From Rhodospirillaceae bacterium (GTDB lineage: Bacteria; Pseudomonadota; Alphaproteobacteria; UBA828), in contig PBDG01000046.1 in the NCBI GenBank assembly GCA_002717225.1, positions 8,664 to 51,883 on the forward strand: a stretch of 43,220 nt of DNA, given 5' to 3'. Shown here piece by piece: positions 18,186-26,816 of this stretch. A program made the position numbers and the translations under genes. The stretch's first letter is position 1, and every line of letters begins with the position of its first letter. The notes below the pieces were generated by a model, which saw only the letters and a list, made by a program, of their open reading frames with translations, was not told the DNA's origin and ran no database searches.

Positions 18186-18614
18186 GTGGCTCGCAAGAAA
18201 ACTGTCAAAATTCCAAAAAACTACAAGCCAACGAAGTCCGAACCGTTCATGAATCCGGTGATGCGGAAGTATTTCCATCACAAGCTCTTGGATTGGAAAG
18301 CGGAGATATTGGAGGATACCGGCACGACGCTTGAGAAATTAAAGACCGAGACCGTTCAGGAAGCCGATCTGGCGGACCGCGCCGCATCGGAAGCGGAGCG
18401 CACCGTCGAATTAAGGACGCGAGAGCGAGCACGCAAGCTGATCTCCAAAATCGATTCTGCGATCCAGCGTATTGAAAATAATACCTATGGCTATTGCGAA
18501 GAAACCAGAGAGCCCATAAGCATCAAGCGGCTTGAAGCGCGCCCCATCGCAACCCTTAGCATTGAGGCTCAAGAGTTGCATGAGCGCCACGAAAGAACCC
18601 ACCGCGACGAATAA
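18186..18614 (+). CDS. dksA: RNA polymerase-binding transcription factor DksA (alphaproteobacterial one-Cys type)
   Basis: YKPTKSEPFMN, DLADRA coiled-coil tip, ELRTRERARKLISKID and YGYCEETREPISIKRLEARPIATLSIEAQ. Confidence 0.96.
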   Translation: MARKKTVKIPKNYKPTKSEPFMNPVMRKYFHHKLLDWKAEILEDTGTTLEKLKTETVQEADLADRAASEAERTVELRTRERARKLISKIDSAIQRIENNTYGYCEETREPISIKRLEARPIATLSIEAQELHERHERTHRDE

Positions 18615-18821
18615 TATACTCCCAAACGCCGCATAATCTCATCTTCGCGGGTGCTCTTGGGATCTAGCGATGAAAAAGACACATTTAAGGAGGCCCTGAG
18701 GGCGTGTATTCTGCGGGTTGCTTGGCAGTCTCGGGCATTAAGGAGCCTAATGACTTCAAGGAAACAGTTTGGATAACGTTGATTATGATATGGGTTGTTG
18801 CCGCAATTGTTGGAGAATTCA

Positions 18822-19082
18822 ATGCTGAGACGTGTCCAATTGTGGGCTAGAAAGGCTCGAGAGGAAGCGGAGAACAAACGAGATATGTTGAAGGAAGTGG
18901 CTGGGACATTAAGAGCTGCTGAACAAGGTGACGTAGATGCTCAAAATTTTCTCGGTTGGATGTACTCTCATGGTTCTGGTGTTCGAAGGTCTAAAGTTGA
19001 AGCGATCAAGTGGTATCGCAAGGCTGCTAAGCAAGGAGACAGCGACGCCAAGCAGGCGTTGAAAGAACTTGAAGCTGAATAA
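18822..19082 (+). CDS. Small Sel1-repeat protein
   Basis: AAEQGDVDAQNFLGWMYSHGSGV..EAIKWYRKAAKQGD is one full Sel1 repeat. ATG at 18822 follows GGAG. Confidence 0.75.
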   Translation: MLRRVQLWARKAREEAENKRDMLKEVAGTLRAAEQGDVDAQNFLGWMYSHGSGVRRSKVEAIKWYRKAAKQGDSDAKQALKELEAE

Positions 19083-19107
19083 CTAAAAACTTTAGAAGGC
19101 GTTAAGC

Positions 19108-19464
19108 ATGAACCAGAAAGCAGAAAATGCAGTCGCTGCTAACCAATTTCATGCAGACACTGCTAAAGCTAATGAGTTATTCGTCGAGGCAGCGAAGCTA
19201 TTCATGAAGAGCCAAGACCCAGAGTCAAAAAATCATGCACAGGCATGGCTCGAAGAAGGTTTTCATCGCCTTACTAGAATTATAGAGCATTATCCGTCCA
19301 CTGATTTGGCGGTCAAGCTGATCAGCGGCCAGAGCGTTGGGGGTATCTCTCTTGAATCCTACGGTGAGGAAATTTCGCACTGGGACAAGTTTGGGCGCGC
19401 CAAGTCAACTTCAGTTGAAAGGGATATTTTGGATGAGGCGGCAACATTCCTTGGGCTGGATTAA
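19108..19464 (+). CDS. Hypothetical helical protein
   Basis: 118-codon ORF with ATG start, 25 nt downstream of the Sel1 gene on the same strand. No family recognised. Confidence 0.6.
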   Translation: MNQKAENAVAANQFHADTAKANELFVEAAKLFMKSQDPESKNHAQAWLEEGFHRLTRIIEHYPSTDLAVKLISGQSVGGISLESYGEEISHWDKFGRAKSTSVERDILDEAATFLGLD

Positions 19465-19489
19465 ATAAGCCTGAAAATTCACGATAGTT

Positions 19490-19789
19490 TTATTGTTCCT
19501 GCGTCAATATTACTGGTCCAGAAACCGGGTCTGTTAGTCCCAACTCAGGTGATATTTCATCAAGTAGGTGCCGGCCCGAATCAAGGGTTGCAATCATATT
19601 TGGTCTAGCATTAACCATCGCTGCTTCACTCTCCCAGAGGCCATAAGAAACATAGCTGCGGTCTCCAGTCTTGGCGAGAACATGTAGCGTTAAACCCTGC
19701 CAGGTTCGCGTTGCCTTAAATAGGTCTTCAAATGTCTGTTGTTGGCCTTCCTTAACTAGAAACCGGACGACGTTCGTATACTTTGTCAT
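19490..19789 (-). CDS. Small dimeric alpha-beta barrel (ABM-like) protein
   Basis: NVVRFLVKEG..F, YGLWESEAAM and LGLTDPVSGP pattern. ATG at 19789 with GGGAGA upstream. Confidence 0.7.
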   Translation of the reverse strand: MTKYTNVVRFLVKEGQQQTFEDLFKATRTWQGLTLHVLAKTGDRSYVSYGLWESEAAMVNARPNMIATLDSGRHLLDEISPELGLTDPVSGPVILTQEQ

Positions 19790-19945
19790 AGCGTTGATTG
19801 TTCTCCCTTGAAAAATCGAATTTATAGATTGGCGCAATTATACCTGTATGAAATTAATTGACCTTAAAAATTCTTGAAGGATCTTCTCACCGGCCTTTTC
19901 GTGCTCTTCCGTTTAGGGGCGGGGCAGTTTGGGTAGTGTTAGGTG

Positions 19946-20374
19946 CTAGGGGGGGGCGCAGGGTTTGGTGCCCATATCAGCCGGTACGCTAATTTCCACG
20001 AGTTCGAAGGAATCTGAGGTAGCGATTTCGTTATGTGGTGTATTGCCGGGGATATAGACACTATCGCCGGCTTCTAGCCGCTCAACTCTATTTCCTGCAA
20101 ACTCAAGATCAATCCAGCCGGTCAGCATATATACGAACTGACCTTCGCAAAGGTGTGTGTGCCAACCCGTAGGTTCCGACAGGGCTTTCGAGGCAGATGT
20201 TACTTGAGCGCGAATGCGCCCGTTACTTCCTTTGGAGACACCAAGCTCACGATATTTCATCCATTCTCGTCGTCCAACCACGTAGTTGGCTTGTTCTTTC
20301 CTGGCAATTACGATGCGTTCTACATCCTCAATTGCTTGCGATTTATTGACTTTCGCAGTTGATCCCATGCTCAT
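19946..20374 (-). CDS. Cupin domain protein
   Basis: GWHTHLCEGQFVYMLTG and GDSVYIPGNTPHNE are cupin motifs 1 and 2. Confidence 0.88.
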   Translation of the reverse strand: MSMGSTAKVNKSQAIEDVERIVIARKEQANYVVGRREWMKYRELGVSKGSNGRIRAQVTSASKALSEPTGWHTHLCEGQFVYMLTGWIDLEFAGNRVERLEAGDSVYIPGNTPHNEIATSDSFELVEISVPADMGTKPCAPP

Positions 20375-20562
20375 TCATCTCGCCTCATTTGGATTAAAGC
20401 CTGCAAATATATTGAATCTTAAGCTACTTGATGACCATTAACCGCTGGATGGTGACATTAAGCATGGATCATATGAGAAGCAGAAGCTGATGTCGCTAAT
20501 CAATCTTTTGCGGACCCGCAGGATGCCAATGGGTTGTCCACTGAGATCATGAAATTTCTACA

Positions 20563-21453
20563 ATGAATATAATGGCACGTGGAGCGGGCAGGCGTCAGAT
20601 CTTTGGCATCCTATGGATGTGCTTCGCGTCTATGCTGATGTTTCCCGCGTCAAACGCTGCAGCGAAATTTCTAGCGGCAGACTATCACCTTATCCAGATA
20701 ATATGGTTTCGAAGTGTGATTCACATTGCCTTTCTTTTGGTCATATTTTTACCAGTGCAAAGCTTGCCAAAGCTTTTTACTACACTCGACTTGAGGGGGC
20801 AGCTTTCCCGTTCGCTTGTACAAGTCGTTGCCGTTGCATGTTTTTGGGTCGCACTGATCTGGTTACCAATTACGAACGCTACAGCAATTGGTCTGACGGC
20901 CCCGCTGATGGTTGTGGTTCTCTCTGTTTTTTTGCTTGGTGAAAGAGTGAGAGCACCTCGCTGGATTGCCGTCGCAATCGGTTTCGTTGGCGCGTTGATC
21001 ATCATTCGACCAGGCGGTGATGTTCATTGGTCGGTGGTATTAGTGATTATATCGATGATCCTTTATGCACTTTTCATCATTCAGACCCGCCGCTTGGCTG
21101 CTTTAGATGATCCTCGGACAACAGCTGTTTATGCAATGGTAGTTGCTTGCGTCGCATCCACAGTTTTATTGCCGTTTTTCTGGGTAACACCACAAAATCT
21201 AACCGATTTACTCGTCTTTACGGGCCTTGGATTCGCTGGTGCACTTGCACACATTGGGATGATTAAGGCAGTCCAATATACTGAGGTTTCGCTTGTAGCT
21301 CCGTTTGACTATTCCCAACTCATTGGGGCGGCAATACTGGGCTACGCGATTTTTGCAGAACTACCAGACCTTTGGACCTGGGTTGGTGCAGCCATTATCG
21401 TAGCCAGCGGCGTTTATGTTGCGCGACGGGAAGCAGCGTGCGCAAACAATTGA
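20563..21453 (+). CDS. DMT/EamA family transporter
   Basis: About 10 TMs, with LLGERV..RWIAVAIGFVGALIIIRPG, APFDYSQL and FAELPD. Confidence 0.92.
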   Translation: MNIMARGAGRRQIFGILWMCFASMLMFPASNAAAKFLAADYHLIQIIWFRSVIHIAFLLVIFLPVQSLPKLFTTLDLRGQLSRSLVQVVAVACFWVALIWLPITNATAIGLTAPLMVVVLSVFLLGERVRAPRWIAVAIGFVGALIIIRPGGDVHWSVVLVIISMILYALFIIQTRRLAALDDPRTTAVYAMVVACVASTVLLPFFWVTPQNLTDLLVFTGLGFAGALAHIGMIKAVQYTEVSLVAPFDYSQLIGAAILGYAIFAELPDLWTWVGAAIIVASGVYVARREAACANN

Positions 21454-21685
21454 CCCGATAAATTCTCAAAATCGCTTTGTGATGGCAGCTTGGCGCTGGC
21501 CCTTTTGGGGCACCTCAGTTACGGGGACACGCTCTTGCCAAGCTCGCTAAGGCGAATTTGTGCAGGGTTAGGGCAAAATGGAGAAAGTAAAATTTGATTG
21601 CTTTGCTCTCAGGTTGATTGTCTCGCCGTTAACTGAAAAAAAACGGGCCAATTCCCAAATTTTACCCGAGAGTATGATTTGCTGA

Positions 21686-21940
21686 TTAACCGCCCCGCTC
21701 GGCCGATCCAATTGCCCGTTTGCTGGGTTCGGAGGAAGAGTCTTCGAGCGCTTCTCTCACTTGTGCGGTGTTCGGGCTATTGCGCAAGATCTTTTCATAA
21801 ATCTCTTTACGAAGCACAGTAGCGTCTTTCGGAAAGGTAAATCCGAGTTTCACTGATCGCCCGCGTACTTCAACCACAGTGACTTCGATGTTGTTGTTGA
21901 TCACTACGGTGTCGCCTATCTTGCGCGTTAAATAAAGCAT
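21686..21940 (-). CDS. csrA: Carbon storage regulator CsrA/RsmA family RNA-binding protein
   Basis: MLYLTRKIGDTVVINNNIEVTVVEVRGRSVKLGFTFP...VLRKEIY aligns with CsrA MLxLTRxxGE..VxR.EIY, including the RNA-binding Arg. Confidence 0.88.
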   Translation of the reverse strand: MLYLTRKIGDTVVINNNIEVTVVEVRGRSVKLGFTFPKDATVLRKEIYEKILRNSPNTAQVREALEDSSSEPSKRAIGSAERGG

Positions 21941-22311
21941 TTTGCACTATAATGACGATTCTCGCCTCCGACATTAACGCGATTTTATAATTGGTGTAAG
22001 CCCTTATTAAACTTTCGAGACTTCACTACATTCAGCCGCCAGTTGCGGATGGGATGGATTTGGTTTGATGCTTCTAGAATTAACATTCCTCGCCAAGGAC
22101 TGGGTAAGCCACAAAATCGATCTGGTTAACTCAGTCACGTAGCGTGGTTTTTTTGGCCTTGGAGCATGGCCGATTATTGGCGTTTTTCAGATCGTACGGG
22201 AATTTGAACAAGCTTCATTCAAATTTAAAATTTCGGCTAATCGCGTATTCTCCATTGTTCACCCGCTTCTGCTGTAGTTTCATCCCGTGCGAAACTTCGC
22301 TGGGGGACGGA

Positions 22312-22887
22312 TTGAAAAAGATCGTTATTGGCATTACCGGCGCTAGCGGCGGGGTGCTTGGCATACGCACGCTCGAGGCCTTTGGCGCAGCTGGTGTGGA
22401 AACCCACTTGGTGGTGAGCCGCTGGGGTCAGCAGACCCTTGAGCATGAGACCGGTCTCCGGCTTGAAGATCTCCGGGCGCGGGCAGACATGCTATACAGC
22501 GCCGGAGATATGGCTGCAGCAATTTCGTCAGGCTCCTTCCGTACCATAGGCATGGTGATCGTCCCATGTTCGATGCACAGCTTGGCGGCTATCGCTCTTG
22601 GTATGAGCGAGAATCTCGTTCACCGAGCGGCGGATGTAGTGCTTAAGGAGCGTTTGCCGCTGGTCCTGGTGCCGCGCGAGACTCCGCTGAACGATAACCA
22701 TCTTGAAAACATGTTGCGCCTGAGCCGCATGGGAGTGCGTATCTTGCCGCCCAATCCGGCTTTCTATAATCATCCTCAAAGCGTCGAGGATATTACCGAT
22801 CATATTGTCGCCCGTATCCTTGATCAGTTTAGTGTTTCGTCCGATATTTCGCGGCGTTGGGACGGTGAGATGAACCGCGTTCGGTAA
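22312..22887 (+). CDS. ubiX: Flavin prenyltransferase UbiX
   Basis: IGITGASG, ISSGSF, PCSM, RAADVVLKER, PRETP and PAFY. TTG start at 22312 after GGGGGA. Confidence 0.93.
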   Translation: MKKIVIGITGASGGVLGIRTLEAFGAAGVETHLVVSRWGQQTLEHETGLRLEDLRARADMLYSAGDMAAAISSGSFRTIGMVIVPCSMHSLAAIALGMSENLVHRAADVVLKERLPLVLVPRETPLNDNHLENMLRLSRMGVRILPPNPAFYNHPQSVEDITDHIVARILDQFSVSSDISRRWDGEMNRVR

Positions 22888-22920
22888 GCTTGAATGTTGA
22901 CTTCGAGCAGGGGGGAAGTC

Positions 22921-23907
22921 GTGAAGAAGACAGATAAGAACAAGAAAATTGGCTGGGGCGTGGTTGGTTCGACAAGCTGGTCCGAGCACACTTTTTCACC
23001 GGCGATCGAAAAGGCGCGAGGGGCAGAACTGCGCGCCGTGCTTGCGTCGACACGGAATAAGGCCGCGGCTTTTTGCCAACGCCATGGTATTGAAAACGGC
23101 TATTCTAAGCTTGAGGAATTTGTCGCTGACACTTCAATTGACGCGGTATGGATTGGCGGGCCAACCCATATGCATAAAGACCACGCAGTGGCAGCGCTTA
23201 AGGCAGGTAAGCATGTTTTGTGCGAGAAGCCGATGGCAATAACACCGTCGGAGTGCCGTGCTATGATGCGTGCTGCTAAATTGGCGCGCCGCAAGCTGAA
23301 TGTAGCCTATAACACTCGCCACAGCCCGAAAATCCAGCAACTGCAAAAAGACTGGCGAGCTGGCCGTTACGGAAATCCAGTGCATGGGCGTGCACATTAC
23401 TATTATCCCTATCCGGCCAAACCTGGCGGCTGGCATTCGCGAGAAAAACAGGTAGGGAGTTGGGTTTTCAATGATATCGGTACTCACTTGATAGATCAGC
23501 TACGATGGTTTTTGGGCGATGCCAAGAAGGTCATGGCGGCACACAAATCGAGCCCGAGTTGGGGCTACGGAACGCCGGATCATGCTGTGGCTATGATCTC
23601 CTTTAAGAATGGCTCTGTTGGCACGTTGAGTGCGTCCACCGGCATGGCACCGGGGCGCTCTCGCCTTGAGTTTTACGCCGACAACGGTTTTGTCATCATC
23701 GATAATGGTATGATGGGCACAGAGGGGTCTATTACCACAGGGCTAAAGGGCGGCAAGGAAAAGACCGTTAAGCTACCTTTTTCGCCTACATACAAGCTGC
23801 AAGTCGAGGCATTTGGGCGTCATATAATGTGCCACGCGCCCTATCCGCTTAATCCGGAAGACGGCTTGGAAAATGTTAAACTCATCAGCCAAGCACGGGG
23901 CTGGTAA
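22921..23907 (+). CDS. Gfo/Idh/MocA family oxidoreductase
   Basis: IGWGVVG, GKHVLCEKPMA and DIGTHLID. GTG start at 22921 (22894 possible). Confidence 0.9.
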   Translation: MKKTDKNKKIGWGVVGSTSWSEHTFSPAIEKARGAELRAVLASTRNKAAAFCQRHGIENGYSKLEEFVADTSIDAVWIGGPTHMHKDHAVAALKAGKHVLCEKPMAITPSECRAMMRAAKLARRKLNVAYNTRHSPKIQQLQKDWRAGRYGNPVHGRAHYYYPYPAKPGGWHSREKQVGSWVFNDIGTHLIDQLRWFLGDAKKVMAAHKSSPSWGYGTPDHAVAMISFKNGSVGTLSASTGMAPGRSRLEFYADNGFVIIDNGMMGTEGSITTGLKGGKEKTVKLPFSPTYKLQVEAFGRHIMCHAPYPLNPEDGLENVKLISQARGW

Positions 23908-23925
23908 TTAGGAGGAACAAGAACG

Positions 23926-25326
23926 ATGGCATCGGACGAACTGCATTATCTTACAGGCCTAGAAGCCGGGCAGCGCATCCGCAGCGGCGAGTTTTCCTCG
24001 GCCGAGTTGACCCAGGCAATGCTGACGCGCATTGAAAAATTAGATGCCGAGCTCCATTCGTACGCTACCGTTTTGCCGGAGAGTGCTATGGCCGAGGCTG
24101 CCGAGGCCGATGCGGCGCTGGCCAAAGGCGAGAATCGGGGGCCGCTCCACGGCGTGCCACTCGCCGTCAAGGACCTGATCGCCATGAAGCATGTCCGCAC
24201 CAGCGCCGGCATGCCGATCCTCAAGAACCGCATCACCGATCATGACGCTACTGTGGTGACACGCCTTCGTGCCGCTGGAGCGGTCATTCTCGGTAAGCTG
24301 GAGTTGACTGAAGGCGCTTACGCTTCGCATCACCCTGACGTTACCGCCCCTGTCAATCCCTGGAATTTTGACTATTGGACTGGCGTCTCCTCGAGTGGTT
24401 CTGGCGTGGCGACGGCCGGCGGGCTCTGCTTCGGTTCACTTGGCAGTGATACCGGAGGCTCTATCCGCTTTCCCTCGCTCGCCTGCGGTACCGTTGGTCT
24501 CAAGCCGACATTCGGTCGGGTGAGCCGCTATGGTGTCTGGCCGCTATCCGAAACACTTGATCATATCGGCCCGATGACGCGGAGTGTCGGAGATGCGGCA
24601 GCGATGTATAACGCTTTGGCTGGCGAGGATCCGCGTGACCCAACGACCCTCACCGCCCCGGTGCCGGATTTCCTTGCAGGACTCGAGCAGGGCGTGCGCG
24701 GGCTTGTAATTGGCGTCGATGAGGCCTTCAACAGCCGCGATGTTGAGCCCGAGGTTGGGGACGCGCTGGGCGCGGCGATTGAGGTGCTTCGTGGCGAGGG
24801 TGCTGAGATTCGCCCAGTTACATTGCCGCCTTATGACGATGTAGTTGATAATTGGGTGGTGATTTGTGGCGCCGACGCCGCGGTAACCCATGCCGATACT
24901 TATCCTGCGCGCAAGGAGGAATACGGTCCGGTTATCAGTGGTCTTATAGACACAGGCCATGATGTGACGGCGGCAGATTATGCTCGCGCAACTATCATGC
25001 GGCAGAATTTCTCTGGCGCCTTGGCGAAGCTATTCGACGAAATCGATATGATCGTGGCGGCTTCATTCGTTGTGCCGACGCCGCGACTCGACGCAATGGA
25101 CGACCTAATGGGCGCGCCCGGTGCGTTGGAGCGACTGATCCGCTTTACCTGCCCGTTCGATCACAGCGGCAGTCCGACACTTTCGTTGCCATGCGGTTTT
25201 ACTGACGCAGGTACGCCGCTTGGCTTTCAATTGATCGGGCGTCATCTTGGTGAGGATCTGCTGCTTCGTGCCGGTCACGCTTACGAGCGCGCTACTGTTT
25301 GGAATTCACGCCACCCGGACATCTAG
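23926..25326 (+). CDS. Amidase signature family amidase (1)
   Basis: GPLHGVPLAVKD (Lys), GVSSSGS, GSDTGGSIRFP and GLKPTFGRVS. AGGAGG RBS. Confidence 0.93.
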   Translation: MASDELHYLTGLEAGQRIRSGEFSSAELTQAMLTRIEKLDAELHSYATVLPESAMAEAAEADAALAKGENRGPLHGVPLAVKDLIAMKHVRTSAGMPILKNRITDHDATVVTRLRAAGAVILGKLELTEGAYASHHPDVTAPVNPWNFDYWTGVSSSGSGVATAGGLCFGSLGSDTGGSIRFPSLACGTVGLKPTFGRVSRYGVWPLSETLDHIGPMTRSVGDAAAMYNALAGEDPRDPTTLTAPVPDFLAGLEQGVRGLVIGVDEAFNSRDVEPEVGDALGAAIEVLRGEGAEIRPVTLPPYDDVVDNWVVICGADAAVTHADTYPARKEEYGPVISGLIDTGHDVTAADYARATIMRQNFSGALAKLFDEIDMIVAASFVVPTPRLDAMDDLMGAPGALERLIRFTCPFDHSGSPTLSLPCGFTDAGTPLGFQLIGRHLGEDLLLRAGHAYERATVWNSRHPDI

Positions 25327-25328
25327 TC

Positions 25329-26663
25329 ATGGCCGCGAGTAACGCTGCACCGCCCTGCCGGGGTGCGGCGGAGATTGTTGATGCCGTTGTCGCTGGCGAG
25401 ACCCGCGCGATCGACGAGACGAATGCGGCCTTCGCTCGGATCAAGGCGCGCGATGGAAGGGTGCGTGCCTGGCGTTGGCTCAATACTGATTTTTCACGTT
25501 CGCTGGCATACGCGGTTGACGAAGCACCGGTCAAGGGACCACTTGCTGGCGCAGGAGTTGGCCTAAAGGACATAATTGATACCAAGGATTGGCCGACAGA
25601 GAACGGCGTCGATACCGACAAGGGGCGGCGACCCGGGACGGATGCCACTGCTGTTACTCGGTTGATCGCAGCAGGCGCGGTGATCTTGGGTAAGACGGTA
25701 ACTACCGAATGCGCTTTTCTCCACCCCCGCGAGACAGTTAATCCGCATGACCCTGAGCGTACACCCGGCGGTTCCTCGATGGGGTCGGGTGCGGCGGTTG
25801 GTGGCGGGATGGTGCCGCTCGCCCTAGGCAGCCAGACTGTTGGCTCAGTATTGCGACCGGCTTCTTTTTGCGGTGCCTGGGCTATGAAACCAAGTTGGGG
25901 GCTTATTCCGCGGACCGGCATGCTTCAGCTTTCGCACTATCTTGACCATATCGGTGTCTATGGCCGCTCGGCTAGAGATTTGGCGCTCGCCATCGATGTC
26001 TTATCTGGCGACGATGGCCACGACCCGGCGAGCCAAGGCGTAGCTCCTAGCCGCCTGACCGCTGGTCTCGGCGCTCGTCCGCTCAATAGGCCTCGCTTTA
26101 TTTTTCTGCGAGATTACGCTTGGCCGGAAATCGAGCCGTCGAGCGCCGAGCTGTTTGGCAATTTGGCTGAACAGTTGAAAGCACCAACAGCCAATATGCC
26201 GCCACTTTACAATGACATATTCGATATCGCGCAGGACGTGTTAGCGCGTGATGCGGCGTTCAATCTCGGGCAGCGCTACCGCAAAGCCGGTGATTTGATA
26301 TCGGCGCCCCTACGTGAGTGGGTTGTGCGCGGTTTTTCCGTCGGAGTGGAGCGATATTTAACTCAGATGAATCGCTTGCAAAAAATGCGCGTAGCTTTTC
26401 CAAAGGTGATTAGTGAATTTGATGCCGTTATCGCACCTGCTACACCCGGTGAGGCGCCAAAAGATCTCACCAATACCGGTAGTCCTAAATTTAATCTCCT
26501 TTGGACTTCCATTGGTGTGCCGGCGGTCAATGTGCCTGCGCTCAAGGGGCCAGCGGGTATGCCAGTCGGTGTACAGGTAATTGGTCGGTATGGCGCCGAT
26601 CTCGAGACATTGCGAGCTGCTGCGTGGCTTGGGCACGAACTTGGCGCAAAAGTCGTAGACTAG
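25329..26663 (+). CDS. Amidase signature family amidase (2), malonamidase-E2-like GxQT subtype
   Basis: GLKDIID, TPGGSSMGS and GSQTVGSVLRPASFCG. ATG lies 2 nt after the previous stop. Confidence 0.9.
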   Translation: MAASNAAPPCRGAAEIVDAVVAGETRAIDETNAAFARIKARDGRVRAWRWLNTDFSRSLAYAVDEAPVKGPLAGAGVGLKDIIDTKDWPTENGVDTDKGRRPGTDATAVTRLIAAGAVILGKTVTTECAFLHPRETVNPHDPERTPGGSSMGSGAAVGGGMVPLALGSQTVGSVLRPASFCGAWAMKPSWGLIPRTGMLQLSHYLDHIGVYGRSARDLALAIDVLSGDDGHDPASQGVAPSRLTAGLGARPLNRPRFIFLRDYAWPEIEPSSAELFGNLAEQLKAPTANMPPLYNDIFDIAQDVLARDAAFNLGQRYRKAGDLISAPLREWVVRGFSVGVERYLTQMNRLQKMRVAFPKVISEFDAVIAPATPGEAPKDLTNTGSPKFNLLWTSIGVPAVNVPALKGPAGMPVGVQVIGRYGADLETLRAAAWLGHELGAKVVD

Positions 26664-26816
26664 TACCATTGGTTTCGCGACCCATTAAGCTGACCATGGT
26701 TGCGCACTCGGAGCACCTAGTATGAATCATTCTCCCCCATTGTCCGGCTATCCAGCGCTTGCTGCTGCAACCCGTCCGAGGCATATTATCGGGAGCCCTT
26801 TTCAAGGAGAGCACGT

